Source of the DNA: an uncultured delta proteobacterium
GTDB lineage: Bacteria; Myxococcota; Myxococcia; Myxococcales; Anaeromyxobacteraceae
Direction of reading: 5' to 3'
NCBI GenBank assembly: GCA_963766715.1
Contig: CAVYBH010000015.1
Span: 96,001-160,000, forward strand
Length of the DNA: 64,000 nucleotides
Shown: positions 1 to 11,145 of the stretch, one piece after another
Numbering within the stretch: position 1 is the first letter of the stretch
How the letters are laid out: each line of letters begins with the position of its first letter
The notes under the pieces: model-generated
What the model was told of the DNA's origin: nothing
What the model saw: only the letters and a program-made list of their open reading frames with translations
Database searches by the model: none
Made by a program: the position numbers and the translations under genes

Positions 1-880
1 GCCCACCAGCACCGAGAAGGTGCCCAACACCTCGCCCACCGCCGCCTCGGCCGGGAGCGACATGAACGGCAAGGCCGCCGAGGCGGCCGCCCGGACCATC
101 AAGGAGCGCATGGCCCGCGTGGCGGCGGCGCACCTGGGCGGCCGGGCCCGGAGCGCGGTCTTCGCAGGCGGCCGCGTGCGCGTCGGCGAGCGCTCGCTCT
201 CCTTCCGCGAGGTCGCGGCGCTCGCCCACCGCGAGCGCGTGTCGCTCTCGTCGACCGGCCACTACCGGACGCCGCTCGTGCACTGGGATCGCGAGACGTT
301 CCGGGGGCGGCCGTTCTACTACTTCTCCTGGGGCGCCGCGGTCTCCGAGGTCGAGATCGACACGCTCACCGGCGAGTACCGGGTGCGCCGGGTCGACATC
401 CTCCACGACTGCGGCGGCTCCATCAATCCGGCCGTCGACCGGGGGCAGGTCGAGGGCGGATTCGTCCAGGGGATGGGCTGGCTCACCACCGAGGAGCTCT
501 GGTGGGACGGCGCCGGCCGCCTCGCCACCCACGCCCCCTCGACCTACAAGATCCCGGCCTGCAGCGACGTCCCCGAGGACTTCCGGGTCACGCTCCGGCT
601 CGAGACCGAGAACGAGCTGCCCACGGTGCGGCGCTCCAAGGCCGTGGGGGAGCCGCCGCTCATGCTCGCCATCTCGGTCTTCCACGCGCTGAAGGACGCG
701 GTGGCGGCGGCCGGCGGCCACCGGCTGAGCCCGCGCCTCGACGCCCCGGCCACGCCGGAGCGGGTGCTGCTCGCCGTCGACGACCTGCGCGAGCGGCTGG
801 CGGGGCGGGAACCGAGGCCCGGGTGCCTGCGCGATGACGCACTGGCTGGATGCGCTCGCCGAGCTCTCGGCCCGGGGTGA
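1..880 (+). CDS. xdhB: Xanthine dehydrogenase molybdopterin-binding subunit, 3' part (runs off window start)
   Basis: PNTSPTAASAGSDMNG, DRGQVEGGFVQGMGWLTTEEL and SKAVGEPPLML motifs. True stop may be the ATGA overlap at 834-837 if there is an indel. Confidence 0.95.
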   Translation, partial: PTSTEKVPNTSPTAASAGSDMNGKAAEAAARTIKERMARVAAAHLGGRARSAVFAGGRVRVGERSLSFREVAALAHRERVSLSSTGHYRTPLVHWDRETFRGRPFYYFSWGAAVSEVEIDTLTGEYRVRRVDILHDCGGSINPAVDRGQVEGGFVQGMGWLTTEELWWDGAGRLATHAPSTYKIPACSDVPEDFRVTLRLETENELPTVRRSKAVGEPPLMLAISVFHALKDAVAAAGGHRLSPRLDAPATPERVLLAVDDLRERLAGREPRPGCLRDDALAGCARRALGPG

Positions 881-1636
881 GCCCGCGGTCCTCGTCACGG
901 TGCTGCGCGCCGACGGCTCCACGCCCCGCGAGGCGGGCGCCAAGATGGTGGTCTCGATCGACGGCCGTCCACGGCACGGTCGGCGGGGGACATCTCGAGC
1001 TCCAGGCCATCGGCACGGCCCGGGAGCTCCTCGCGGCCTCCGAGGCCGGCGAGCGCCCCGCCCCGCTCTCCCGCGACTTCGGGCTCGGCCCCAGCCTCGG
1101 CCAGTGCTGCGGGGGCGCGGTCACCCTCCTCTTCGAGGCCGTCCTCCCCGCGCGCTGGCGCGTGGCCCTCTTCGGCGCCGGCCACGTCGGGCGCGCGCTC
1201 GTGAGGGTGCTCGGCGAGCTCCCCTGCCGGGTCGACTGGATCGACTCCCGCGAGGCGGAGTTCCCGGGAGAGGTCCCCGGCAACGTCCGGCCGATCGTCG
1301 CCGAGGCGCCGGCGGACGAGGTCCAGGATCTCGCCGCCGGTTGCGACGTGCTCGTGATGACCCACAGTCACCAGCTGGACCTCCAGGTGGTCGAGGCCGC
1401 GCTGCGCCGCAAGCGACATCCCGTTCCTGGGGCTCATCGGCTCCCGCACCAAGCGGGCGCGGTTCGAGGCCCGGCTCGCCGAGCGCGGCTTCTCCGCCGA
1501 GGACCTGGCCCGGGTGGTGTGCCCGGTCGGGATCCCGGGCGTGGGGGGCAAGCACCCGGCCGAGATCGCGGTCGCGGTCGCCGCCCAGCTGCTCGCGCTG
1601 CGGCGACCGGGAACGCGCCGGCCGCCGGCTCAGTAG
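834..1636 (+). CDS. xdhC: Xanthine dehydrogenase accessory protein XdhC (two apparent +1 frameshifts, ~963 and ~1413)
   Basis: GSTPREAGAKMVV, GTVGGGHLE, LGQCCGG, FGAGHVGRAL, VMTHSHQLD and GLIGSRTKR found across frames. Confidence 0.92.
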
Positions 1637-2100
1637 CGGATCTTGTCGGCCTTCCGCTCCCACTCGTCGAAGGCGGTGCGCGCCTCGTCCGGCAGCAGCG
1701 GGACCAGCGGAAGGGTCCGCTGCCCGAGGGGACGGGCGACCTCGGCGTAGATCTCGGCGTCGTCGAAGCCGATGCGGGCGGCGTCGGCCCGTCCGTTCCC
1801 GTAGTAGATGCGCCCGATGCGCGCCCAGTAGATGGCGGCCAGGCACATGGGACAGGGCTCGCAGCTCGCGTAGATCTCGCAGCCGGAGAGGTCGTGGGTC
1901 CCGAGCGCGGCGCAGGCGGCGCGGATGGCGACCACCTCGGCGTGGGCCGTGGGGTCGTTCGTCGACGTCACCTGGTTCGCGCCCTCTCCGACGATGCGCC
2001 CCCCGGAGACGACCACCGACCCGAAGGGACCGCCGCGCCCTTCGGCCATGCCCTGCCGGGAGAGCGCGATGGCCCGTCTCATGAAATCCTTCTGGTCCAT
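1630..2100 (-). CDS. guaD: Zn-dependent CDA-fold nucleobase deaminase, guanine deaminase-like
   Basis: GGPFG, DPTAHAEV, SCEPCPMC motifs and C-terminal Tyr. Confidence 0.85.
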   Translation of the reverse strand: MDQKDFMRRAIALSRQGMAEGRGGPFGSVVVSGGRIVGEGANQVTSTNDPTAHAEVVAIRAACAALGTHDLSGCEIYASCEPCPMCLAAIYWARIGRIYYGNGRADAARIGFDDAEIYAEVARPLGQRTLPLVPLLPDEARTAFDEWERKADKIRY

Positions 2101-2118
2101 CGAGCCGTCCCTCCCCTG

Positions 2119-3157
2119 TCAGCCGCGATCGAAGGCGGCCACGAAGCCGTCCAGCCCGTCCACGAGCCGGCGGCGCTCGGCCGGCTCCACGAAGGCCGAC
2201 TCGAGGCTGTTCCTTGCCAGGCGCCAGGCCGCGGCGCCATCCAGACCGAGCGCCTCGACCGACTCGACCAGGTTCTGCTGGACGTAGCCGCCGAAGTAGG
2301 CCGGGTCGTCCGAGTGGACGCTCGCGAGCAGCCCGGCCTCCAGCATGCGCCCGAGCGGGTGGTCCGCCATCCGTCCGAACACGCCCAGGCGGACGTTGGA
2401 GAGCGGGCAGACCGTCAGCGGGATGCGGTCGCGCGCCAGCCGGGCCACGAGCGCCGGGTCCTCGAAGCAGCGCACGCCGTGGTCGATGCGCTCCACGCCG
2501 AGCGCGTCGAGGGCGCCGGCCACGTTGGCGGCAGGCCCCTCCTCGCCGGCGTGGGCCACGGCCCGGAGGCCGAGCTTCCGGGCCCGCGCGAAGACGCGGG
2601 CGAACTTCTCCGGCGGGTGGCCGCGCTCGCTCGAGTCGAGCCCCACGCCGATGAACTGGTCTCTCAGCGGGAGCGCGTCCTCCAGCGTCTCGAGGGCCTC
2701 CCGCTCGCTCAGGTGGCGGAGGAAGCAGAGGAGGAGCACCGCGCTCACGCCGCGCGCCTCGGCCTCCCGGCAGGCCCGGGAGAGGCCGCGGATCACCGTG
2801 GCGATGGGCACGCCGCGGGCGGTGTGGGTCTGGGGGTCGAAGAAGATCTCGGCCCGGACCACGCCCTCCTCCGCCGCGCGGGAGAGGTAGGCCGCGGCCA
2901 GGTCGTGGAAGTCCTGCTCGGTCACGAGCACGCGGGCGGCGGCGTAGTAGCGATCGAGGAAGCGACTGGAGGCCGGTGAACGGGCGGGTGTCCCGCAGGG
3001 CGGCCAGGCCGGCGTCCCCGAGGTCGAGGCCGTTCCGGGCGGCGAGCGCGATCGCGTGCTCGGGCTCGAGCGTTCCCTCCACGTGGACGTGCAGCTCCGC
3101 CTTCGGCATGCCGCGGAGGAAGTCGCCCATCCGCTCCGCGGGAACGTGGGGATGCAT
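2119..3157 (-). CDS. add: Adenine/adenosine deaminase (frameshift ~2960)
   Basis: PKAELHVHVEGTLEPE, AHAGEEG, ERIDHGV, VCPLSN, HSDDPAYFGGY. Confidence 0.92.
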
Positions 3158-3185
3158 GGTGCTAGTATGCACGGCGGCCCCGTTC

Positions 3186-4599
3186 ATGGAGAAGAAGCCA
3201 CCGCACAGCGACCCGGGCGGACCCTCGCTCCTCATCCGCGACGCCACGCTGGTGGCCACCGTGGACGACCGGCGCCGGGAGATCCCGGGCGGCTCGGTGC
3301 TGGTGCGCGGCAACCGGATCGAGGCCGTGGGCCCGGCCGCCGGCCTGCCCCGGACCGCGGACGAGGTCATCGACGCCCGCGGCCACCTGGTCGTCCCGGG
3401 GCTCGTGAACACCCATCACCACATGTACCAGTCGCTCACCCGGGCGGTCCGCGCCGTGCAGGACGCGGAGCTCTTCTCCTGGCTGCGCGGGCTCTACCCG
3501 ATCTGGGCCCGGCTCACGCCGGAGATGGTCGACGTCTCCACGCGGGTGGCGATGGCCGAGCTCCTCCTCTCCGGCTGCACCACCACGAGCGATCACCTCT
3601 ACGTCTTCCCGAACGGCGTCCGGCTCGACGACAGCATCGAGGCCGCCCGGGCGGCGGGGATGCGCTTCACCGCCACGCGCGGGTCGATGAGCGTCGGCGA
3701 GAGCGACGGCGGGCTGCCGCCGGACTCGCTCGTCGAGCGGCCCGACGACATCCTGGCCGACACGCGCCGGCTCATCGAGCGCTACCACGACCCCTCGCAC
3801 GGCTCGCTGCTCCAGATCGCGGTGGCTCCCTGCTCGCCCTTCTCGGTGAGCCGGGACCTCATGATCGAGTCGGCGCAGCCTGGCCCGCGCCTACGGCGTG
3901 CGGATGCACACCCACCTCGCCGAGAACGACCACGACGTGGCCTACTCCCGCGAGCGGTTCGGGCGGACGCCGGCCGAGTACGCCGAGGACCTGGGCTGGC
4001 TCGGCGACGACGTCTGGCACGCCCACTGCGTGAAGCTCGACGCGACGGGGATCGCCCGCTTCGCGTCCACCGGCACCGGCGTCGCCCATTGCCCGACGAG
4101 CAACATGCGGCTCGCGAGCGGCATCGCACCGATCCCGGCGATGCGGGCGGCGGGCGTCCGGGTCGGGCTCGGCGTGGACGGAAGCGCCAGCAACGACGGG
4201 GCGCAGATGGTGGCCGAGGCCCGCATGGCCATGCTCCTGCAGCGGGTCGGGGCCTCGCTCGCGCCCTTCGGCTGCGACGTCGGCCCGTCGGCCATGAGCG
4301 CCCGCGACGCCCTCGAGCTCGCCACCCGGGGTGGCGCGACGGTGCTCGGGCGCGACGACGTCGGGCACCTGGCTCCCGGGATGTGCGCCGACCTGGCGCT
4401 CTTCGACCTGGGGACGCTCGGCTTCGCCGGCGGGGCCCCGCACGACCCGGTGGGCGCGCTCCTGCTCTGCGCGTCGCCCCAGGCCGCCTACACCATCGTC
4501 GGCGGCCGGGTGCTCGTCCGCCAGGGGCAGCTCACCTCGTTCGAGCTGGCTCCCGTCGTCGAGCGCCACAACCGGCTCGCGGTCGAGCTGGTCCGGTAG
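3186..4599 (+). CDS. Amidohydrolase, 8-oxoguanine deaminase/AtzB-like (frameshift ~3878)
   Basis: PGLVNTHHHMYQ, APCSPFSVS, HTHLAEN, AHCPTSNMRLASG, GVDGSASND. Confidence 0.9.
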
Positions 4600-4611
4600 G
4601 CCGGAAACGAG

Positions 4612-4641
4612 GACGGGGGACCGCTCTCGCGGCCCCCCGTC
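4612..4641. terminator. GC-rich hairpin between convergent genes
   Basis: GACGGGGGACCGC-TCTC-GCGGCCCCCCGTC, 13-bp stem with one mismatch, no U-tract. Confidence 0.5.
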
Positions 4642-4665
4642 GCATTCAGCGTTCGATGCGGCGGG

Positions 4666-5811
4666 CTACTTCCCCGACGGCACCTTTCCCTCGACGCCCT
4701 TCACGTAGAAGTTGACGGCGCCGTTCCACTTGTCGTCGGCGACCACGCCCTTGGCGAGCACTTCCTTGCCGGTGTTGTCGTAGAGCGGTCCCTGGAAAGG
4801 GGCCACCGTGCCGGCCTTCATGCCCTCCCGGGCGGCCTCGACCTTCTTCTTCGTGGAGTCGGGGACGAAGGTCGCGATGCTCACGAACTCCGGCAGCCCC
4901 TCCTTCACGCCCCACTTGGTCGACTCGACCTTCCAGGTCTTGTTGAGGACGTCCCCGATGGCCTTGTCGTAGTAGATGCCCCAGTTCAGCCGGGCGGAGC
5001 CGAGGTGGGCCTTGGGCGCGAAGGCGCTCATGTCCGAGTCCCAGCCGAAGGCGTACTTGCCGTTCTTCTCGGCGGTCTGCAGGACGGCCGTCGAGTCGGT
5101 GTTCTGGAGCAGCACGTCGGCGCCCTGGTTGATGAGCGACTGGGCGGCCTCGGTCTCCTTCGGGGGATCGAACCAGCTGCTCACCCAGACCACCCGGGTC
5201 TTGATCTTGGGGTTCACGCTCTGTGCACCCAGGGTGAAGGCGTTGATGTTGCGGAGCACCTCGGGGATGGGGAACGAGCCCACGAAGCCGATGACGTTGG
5301 TCTTCGTCATCTCGCCGGCCACGATGCCGGCCAGGTAGGCGTCCTCGTAGAAGCGCCCCTCGTAGACGCGGAGGTTGGGCGCCGTCTTGTAGCCGGTGGC
5401 GTGCTCGAAGTAGACGTCCGGGAAGTCCTTGGCCACCTTCTCCATGGAATCGCCGAAGCCGAACGAGGTCGCGAAGATGACCTTGTTCCCCTGGGCGACG
5501 AGGTCGCGGATCACGCGCTCGGCGTCCGGGCCCTCGGGAACCTTCTCGACGTAGGTCGTCTTGATCCGGTCGCCGTACTTCGACTCGGCGTACTTGCGGC
5601 CGAGGTCATGGGCGAAGGTCCAGCCCGCGTCCCCGACCGGGCCGACGTAGACGAACGCCACCTTGAGCGGCTCGGGCTTGGGGGCCGGGGCGGGCGCGGC
5701 GGCGGCGGGCGCCTCCGGCTTCTTGGGCTCTTCCTTGGCGCAGCCGGTCATGCCGGCTGCACCGATCAGGGCGACGAGCCCCAGGTGCTTCAGGAGGGAA
5801 CGACGGTTCAT
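4666..5811 (-). CDS. BMP-family purine/nucleoside ABC substrate-binding lipoprotein
   Basis: FVYVGPVGDAGWTFAHD, IFATSFGF, PIPEVLRNINAF; N-terminal RRSLL and lipobox-like MTGC. Confidence 0.93.
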   Translation of the reverse strand: MNRRSLLKHLGLVALIGAAGMTGCAKEEPKKPEAPAAAAPAPAPKPEPLKVAFVYVGPVGDAGWTFAHDLGRKYAESKYGDRIKTTYVEKVPEGPDAERVIRDLVAQGNKVIFATSFGFGDSMEKVAKDFPDVYFEHATGYKTAPNLRVYEGRFYEDAYLAGIVAGEMTKTNVIGFVGSFPIPEVLRNINAFTLGAQSVNPKIKTRVVWVSSWFDPPKETEAAQSLINQGADVLLQNTDSTAVLQTAEKNGKYAFGWDSDMSAFAPKAHLGSARLNWGIYYDKAIGDVLNKTWKVESTKWGVKEGLPEFVSIATFVPDSTKKKVEAAREGMKAGTVAPFQGPLYDNTGKEVLAKGVVADDKWNGAVNFYVKGVEGKVPSGK

Positions 5812-5878
5812 GGATGCGATTCTCCTCGGTGGTTGGGTGGGACGGCGGACGACGCGAAGGTGCTCGACGGAGACCGTT

Positions 5879-6799
5879 TCACAGGCTGGGGAAGAAGGGC
5901 TTGCCGAGGGAGGCCGGCATGTTGAGGCGGATCCAGGCGGGGTTCCGGGAGATGAGCACCAGCACCAGGATGGTGGCCAGGTAGGGGAGCATGCTCATGA
6001 GCTGGGCCGCGACGTCGACGCCCATGCCCTGGAGGTGGAGCTGCAGCATGGTCACGCCGCCGAAGAGATAGGCGCCGAGCAGGAGGCGCGTGGGCCTCCA
6101 GGTGGCGAACACGGTCAGTGCGAGCGCGATCCAGCCGCGCCCCGCCACCATGCCCTCGACCCACAGCGGGGCGTACACCACCGAGAAGTAGGCCCCGGCC
6201 ACCCCGCACAGGGCCCCGCCCGCGACCACGGCGAGGAGCCGGATCCGGCGCACCGGGTAGCCGAGGGCGTGGGCCGACTCCGGCGCCTCCCCGATGGCGC
6301 GCAGCACGAGGCCGGCGCGCGTCCGGTAGAGGAACCAGGCGATGAGGATCGCCCCCAGGGCGGCCAGGTACACCAGCGGGTGCTGCCGGAAGATGGCGGG
6401 GCCCAGGAACGGGAGGTCGCGGAGCCCGGGCACCGAGTAGTCGGCGCGCTCGGTGAGCTTCTTGCCCACGTACTCGATTCCCAGGTAGGCGGACAGGCCG
6501 CCCCCGAAGAGGCTCACGGCCAGCCCGGTCGCGTACTGGTTCGTGTTGAGCCAGATGACGAGCCAGCCGAAGCAGGCCGCGACGAGCGCCCCCGCCCCCG
6601 CCCCGGCCGCGAACCCAATCCAGTCGCTGCCGGTGTGGAAGGAGACGGCGAACCCGGCCAGCGCGGCGACGAGCATCATCCCCTCGGCGCCGAGGTTGAG
6701 GATTCCGGCGCGCTCGTTGATGAGCAGCCCGAGGCCGGCGATGGCGAGCGGGGTCCCGGCGCTGAGCGTGGCCGCGACGAGCAGGGCGAGCTCGTTCAT
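5879..6799 (-). CDS. Nucleoside-type ABC permease
   Basis: ERAGILNLGAEG, AGRGWIALAL, MLPYLATI. Confidence 0.92.
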   Translation of the reverse strand: MNELALLVAATLSAGTPLAIAGLGLLINERAGILNLGAEGMMLVAALAGFAVSFHTGSDWIGFAAGAGAGALVAACFGWLVIWLNTNQYATGLAVSLFGGGLSAYLGIEYVGKKLTERADYSVPGLRDLPFLGPAIFRQHPLVYLAALGAILIAWFLYRTRAGLVLRAIGEAPESAHALGYPVRRIRLLAVVAGGALCGVAGAYFSVVYAPLWVEGMVAGRGWIALALTVFATWRPTRLLLGAYLFGGVTMLQLHLQGMGVDVAAQLMSMLPYLATILVLVLISRNPAWIRLNMPASLGKPFFPSL

Positions 6800-7870
6800 G
6801 CGGTCCTCCGCCAGCGGAGCCGGTAGAGGATCAGCGTGTCGCAGGCGAGCAGCGAGAAGAGCAGCACGCCCTGGAACACGCCCGACAGCGCGGAGGGCAG
6901 CCCGATGCGCGACTGGGCGAGCTCGCCCCCGATGAGGAACATGGAGAGCAGGAAGCTCGCCAGCACGCACCCGACCGGGTGGAGCCGCCCGACGAAGGCC
7001 ACGATGATGGCGGTGAACCCGTACCCGGACGCCACGTAGGGCGTCGAGCTGGCCCATGGGGCCGCACACCTCGAAGGCGCCGGCCACCCCGGCGAGCGCC
7101 CCGGAGACGAGCAGCGTGGTCCAGAGCGCCGAGCGCCCGGAGAAGCCCGCGTAGCGGGCGGCGGCCGGGGCCGGCCCCCCGACCTGGAGCTTGAAGCCCT
7201 GGAGCATCCGGAACAGGAAGGCCCACATCGCGACCGCCGCGAGGAGCGCCGCCACGAACCCCACGTGGAGCCGCATGCCCTGGAGGATCCGCGGCAGCTC
7301 GGTGGCCCGGGAGAAGTTGACGGTCTGCGGGAAGTTGAAGCCGTCCGGGTTCTTCCAGGGACCGAACACCAGGTAGCTGAGCAGGAGGTTCGCGACGTAC
7401 ACGAGCATCAGGCTGACGAGGATCTCGCTCGCGTGGAACCGGTCGCGCAGGAAGGCGACGAGGGACGCCCAGAACGCGCCGCCGATGGCCCCGGCCAGGA
7501 TCGCGAGCGGGAAGAAGACCCAGGGCGACATGGCGATCCCGGCGTTCGTGACCGTGAGCGCCAGCCAGCCGCTGGTGATGGCGCCGAGCAGGTACTGCCC
7601 CTCCGCGCCGATGTTCCAGACGTTGGACCGGTAGCAGAGCGCGAGCCCCAGCGAGATGAGGATGAGCGGCGTGGCCTTCAGGCCGAGCTCGGTCAGGGCC
7701 CGCGTCCCGTTGAACGGCTCCACCAGGAAGACCGACAGGCTGCGGACCGGGTCCTTGCCGAGGGCCGCGAAGAGCAGCCCGGCGACCAGCACCGTGAAGA
7801 GGAGCGCCACGACCGGCGAGAGCACGCTCATCCAGGGCGAGGGGGCGGTGCGGGCCTCGAGCTCGATCAC
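6796..7870 (-). CDS. Nucleoside-type ABC permease (frameshift ~7045)
   Basis: [33 protein letters not shown]. Confidence 0.9.
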
Positions 7871-9396
7871 GCCGCGCCCCCGCTGGCCACGGCCGGCTCG
7901 GCGGGCCACAGCCCGCTCATCCACTCGCCGATGAGCTCCCGGGTGGCGACGTGGGTGGAGATGGACGGGGAGATGCGTCCCTTGGAGATGACGTGGAGCC
8001 GGTCGGTGACCTCGAAGAGCTCCTCGAGCTCCTCCGACACCACGAGCACGGCGCAGCCGGCGTCGCGGAGCGCCACGAGCTCGGCCCGGATCTGGGCGCT
8101 GGCGCCGACGTCCACGCCCCAGGTCGGCTGGGCGACGACGAGCACCCGGGGCACGGCGTCGATCTCGCGGCCCACGATGTACTTCTGGAGGTTCCCGCCG
8201 GAGAGGCTGCGCGCCACCGCACCGGGACCCGACGTCTTCACGCCGAACCGCTCGATGATGCCCGCCGCCTGCCTCCGCAGCGCGCCGCGGTCGATCCATC
8301 CCAGGGCCCGCAGCGATTCACGCCGCGTGAGCAGCAGGTTGATGGAGAGCGTGAGGGTGGGCACCGCCCCGCGCCCGAGCCGCTCCTCCGGGACGAAGTG
8401 GAGCCCCTTCCGCCGCCGCTCCCCGGCCGACATCCGCCCGATGCTCGCGCCGAAGAGCTGGACCGCGGCTGCGGGGGCGCGCGGGTCCTCGCCCGAGACG
8501 GCGGCCAGGAGCTCCTGCTGGCCGTTCCCGGACACGCCGGCGATCCCCACGATCTCGCCCTCGTGCAGGTCGAGGGAGATCCCGTCCAGCGTGACGCCGA
8601 AGCGATCGATCCGCGGCAGGTGCAGGTCGCTTATCCGGAGCGCCAGCTTGCCCGGGTTCGGCGCGCGCAGCTCCAGCCGCGGCGGCGCGCTTCCGATCAT
8701 GAGCCGGGAGAGGCTGGCGGTGGTCTCGACCATGGGGTCGCAGGTGCCGGTGACCTTGCCGGCCCGGAGCGCCGTGCACTGGTGGCAGAGGCTGCGGATC
8801 TCGTCGAGCTTGTGGCTGATGTAGAGGATCGAGCAGCCGGTGGACGCGAGCTTCCGGAGCATCACGAAGAGCCGGTCGACCGCCTGGGGCGTGAGCACCG
8901 AGGTGGGCTCGTCGAGGATGAGCAGCTTCGGATCGGTGAGCAGGGCGCGGACGATCTCGACCCGCTGCCGCTCGCCGACCGAGAGGGTGTGGACGGGGCG
9001 TCCGGGGTCGAGCTCGAGGCCGTACTCGGCGGCCTTCCGCTGCATCCGGACGGTCATCTGCGGAAGCGATTCCTCCCGGCCCAGCCCGAGCCAGACGTTC
9101 TCGGCCACGGTGAGCGTGTCGAAGAGGGAGAAGTGCTGGAACACCATGGCGATGCCGAGGGCGCGCGCCTCGTGCGGCGAGCGGACGTGGACCTCCTCGC
9201 CGTTCCACCGGATGACGCCCGCGTCCGGCCGGACCGCGCCGTAGATCACCTTCATCAGGGTGGACTTGCCCGCGCCGTTCTCCCCCAGGACCGAGTGGAT
9301 CTCGCCGGGCTGGACCGTGAGCGACACGTCGTCGTTCGCGACGAGCGACCCGTAGCGCTTCGTGATGTGTTCCAGCTGCAGCCTGGGAGGTGTCAC
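7867..9396 (-). CDS. ABC ATPase with two nucleotide-binding domains (CUT2 type)
   Basis: [24 protein letters not shown]. Confidence 0.95.
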   Translation of the reverse strand: MTPPRLQLEHITKRYGSLVANDDVSLTVQPGEIHSVLGENGAGKSTLMKVIYGAVRPDAGVIRWNGEEVHVRSPHEARALGIAMVFQHFSLFDTLTVAENVWLGLGREESLPQMTVRMQRKAAEYGLELDPGRPVHTLSVGERQRVEIVRALLTDPKLLILDEPTSVLTPQAVDRLFVMLRKLASTGCSILYISHKLDEIRSLCHQCTALRAGKVTGTCDPMVETTASLSRLMIGSAPPRLELRAPNPGKLALRISDLHLPRIDRFGVTLDGISLDLHEGEIVGIAGVSGNGQQELLAAVSGEDPRAPAAAVQLFGASIGRMSAGERRRKGLHFVPEERLGRGAVPTLTLSINLLLTRRESLRALGWIDRGALRRQAAGIIERFGVKTSGPGAVARSLSGGNLQKYIVGREIDAVPRVLVVAQPTWGVDVGASAQIRAELVALRDAGCAVLVVSEELEELFEVTDRLHVISKGRISPSISTHVATRELIGEWMSGLWPAEPAVASGGAA

Positions 9397-9491
9397 CGGT
9401 TCGAGTCCCTCGCCGCCGACGCGGAAGGTCGGCATACTAACCGGGCGAAGCACGCGCCGGATCTGGTCGATTCCGGAAATCGGAGACCCCC

Positions 9492-9977
9492 ATGACGCAC
9501 CCGGACGACGAGGCCATGCTGCGGAAGTCGTTCGACGTCGCGCGCCGCGCCCTCGATCACGGAAACCACCCGTTCGGCGCGATCCTGGTCGATCGTGGCG
9601 GCAACGTGCTCATCGAGTCGGAGAACGGCTACCTTCCCTCGCGCGACATGACCGCCCATGCGGAACGCCTGCTCGCGACGCGCGCGTCCACGGCCTACCG
9701 CCCCGGATTCCTGGCGTCCTGCACCCTCTACTCCTCGGCCGAGCCTTGCGCGATGTGTGCCGGCGCGGCGTACTGGGCCGGGATCGGGCGCGTGGTGTAC
9801 GGGCTCTCCGAGCGCCGGCTGAAGGAGATCACCGGGAATCACCCGGAGAATCCGACCCTCGACGTGCCCTGCCGGGTGGTGCTCGAAGGGGGCCAGCGGC
9901 GCGTGGAAGTGGTGGGGCCGCTCCTCGAGGAGGAGGGCGCGGCGCTCCACCTCTCGGCCTGGGCGCCTCGCTCCTGA
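9492..9977 (+). CDS. Second CDA-fold nucleoside/nucleobase deaminase
   Basis: GNHPFGA, TAHAE, AEPCAMC. Confidence 0.88.
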   Translation: MTHPDDEAMLRKSFDVARRALDHGNHPFGAILVDRGGNVLIESENGYLPSRDMTAHAERLLATRASTAYRPGFLASCTLYSSAEPCAMCAGAAYWAGIGRVVYGLSERRLKEITGNHPENPTLDVPCRVVLEGGQRRVEVVGPLLEEEGAALHLSAWAPRS

Positions 9978-10109
9978 TCGCCAGCGGGGACGTCGGGCGG
10001 CGGCATGACTCCCCGCGTCAACCCGCATGCCGGAGAGGTCCCTCCGGGTCCGTCCTGCTCGCCCTTCGCGCAACCGGATGCACGGTTCACGGGCAGTCGA
10101 TGATCGCGC

Positions 10110-10121
10110 TTGTCGTCACAA
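10110..10121. promoter_or_regulatory. Possible regulator palindrome TTGT-N4-ACAA upstream of the Tsx-like gene
   Basis: TTGTCGTCACAA, AT-rich inverted repeat about 55 bp before the ATG at 10176. Confidence 0.3.
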
Positions 10122-10175
10122 TTCGGGCCCTGTACAGAGTGTGCCTTCTCGACCACCCGGAGGGCTCACACCGCC

Positions 10176-11030
10176 ATGAACCAGTCGTTCCTTCGCAGGA
10201 CGTTCCCGCTCCTCGCCGCGCTCCTCGTCCTCTTCGTCGCCGCACCGGCCGTCGCCGAGGAGGCGCCGCCTCCGCCGTCGAAGGAGGACTCGTTCTTCAC
10301 CACCACGAACGTCCAGCTGCTCTGGGGCGGCGGCTTCTCCGACGCCCAGCTCGGGTACTACACCAAGACCCAGAGCATGTTCACGCTCACGCTCAACAAC
10401 TACACGCAGTTCAAGTTCGGCGACAGCTTCGCCTTCGTCGACATGTACCAGGGCGACTTCATCAGCCCCGTCACCGGGAACCTCTCCGACGGCAACGCCA
10501 AGATCTACGGCGAGTGGCACCCCCGCCTCCTCGTCAACCAGATGCTCGGCATGAAGGACCCCGTCCTCGGCGTCATCGGCAACTGGGGCGTCGGCGCCGA
10601 GATGAACGTCGGCAGCAACTTCTCCGCCTACCTCGTCGGCCCCAGCGTCGACCTCTTCCTCCCCCTCAACATCTACGTCGGCATGGCCTTCTACTACCGC
10701 TACAGCGCCCTCTGGCTCGCCCCGGGCGTCGGCGGCACCATCTACACCAACACCTGGCAGTTCAGCCCCTACTGGACCGTCCCCTTCTCCATCGGCCCCG
10801 TCCCCTTCCTCTTCACCGGCTTCCTCGACATGTACCAGTACTCCACCGGCGGCGTGGACGTGATGTTCCAGCCCGAGCTCCTCGTCGACGTCCTCGCTCC
10901 CTTCGGCAGCAAGAAGAACACCCTCTTCGTCGGCTGCGAGTGGTACCTCCACTCCTACGTCCTCTTCGACGGCGCTACCCGCCACACCGTCTCCGCTCCC
11001 CAGATCATGGTCCAGTGGAACATCCACTGA
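10176..11030 (+). CDS. Outer-membrane nucleoside channel, Tsx/OmpK/DUF5020-like
   Basis: Signal peptide, aromatic beta-strand pattern, FGDSFAFVD, YGEWHPRL, FTGFLD, FQPELLVD; purine uptake context. Confidence 0.75.
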   Translation: MNQSFLRRTFPLLAALLVLFVAAPAVAEEAPPPPSKEDSFFTTTNVQLLWGGGFSDAQLGYYTKTQSMFTLTLNNYTQFKFGDSFAFVDMYQGDFISPVTGNLSDGNAKIYGEWHPRLLVNQMLGMKDPVLGVIGNWGVGAEMNVGSNFSAYLVGPSVDLFLPLNIYVGMAFYYRYSALWLAPGVGGTIYTNTWQFSPYWTVPFSIGPVPFLFTGFLDMYQYSTGGVDVMFQPELLVDVLAPFGSKKNTLFVGCEWYLHSYVLFDGATRHTVSAPQIMVQWNIH

Positions 11031-11046
11031 GACTTCGCCCGTGAGA

Positions 11047-11085
11047 CGACGCGCCGGCGGACCCGAGCGGCTCGCCGGCGCGTCG
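11047..11085 (+). terminator. Perfect 13-bp hairpin after the Tsx-like gene
   Basis: CGACGCGCCGGCG-13 nt-CGCCGGCGCGTCG. Confidence 0.55.
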
Positions 11086-11145
11086 CATGCAGGTCCCTTT
11101 TCCGCTAGATTCCCTGGCTCGAATCCCCCGACGAGGAGATCCCAC

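Noticed and set aside
5879..8299. Apparent permease-permease fusions (also 14039-15748)
   Set aside because: Single indels remove the native stops; ATGA overlaps at 6796-6799 and 14801-14804 mark separate genes.
9978..10175. Purine or xanthine riboswitch upstream of the uptake genes
   Set aside because: No recognisable aptamer consensus by eye; an Infernal/Rfam scan would be needed.
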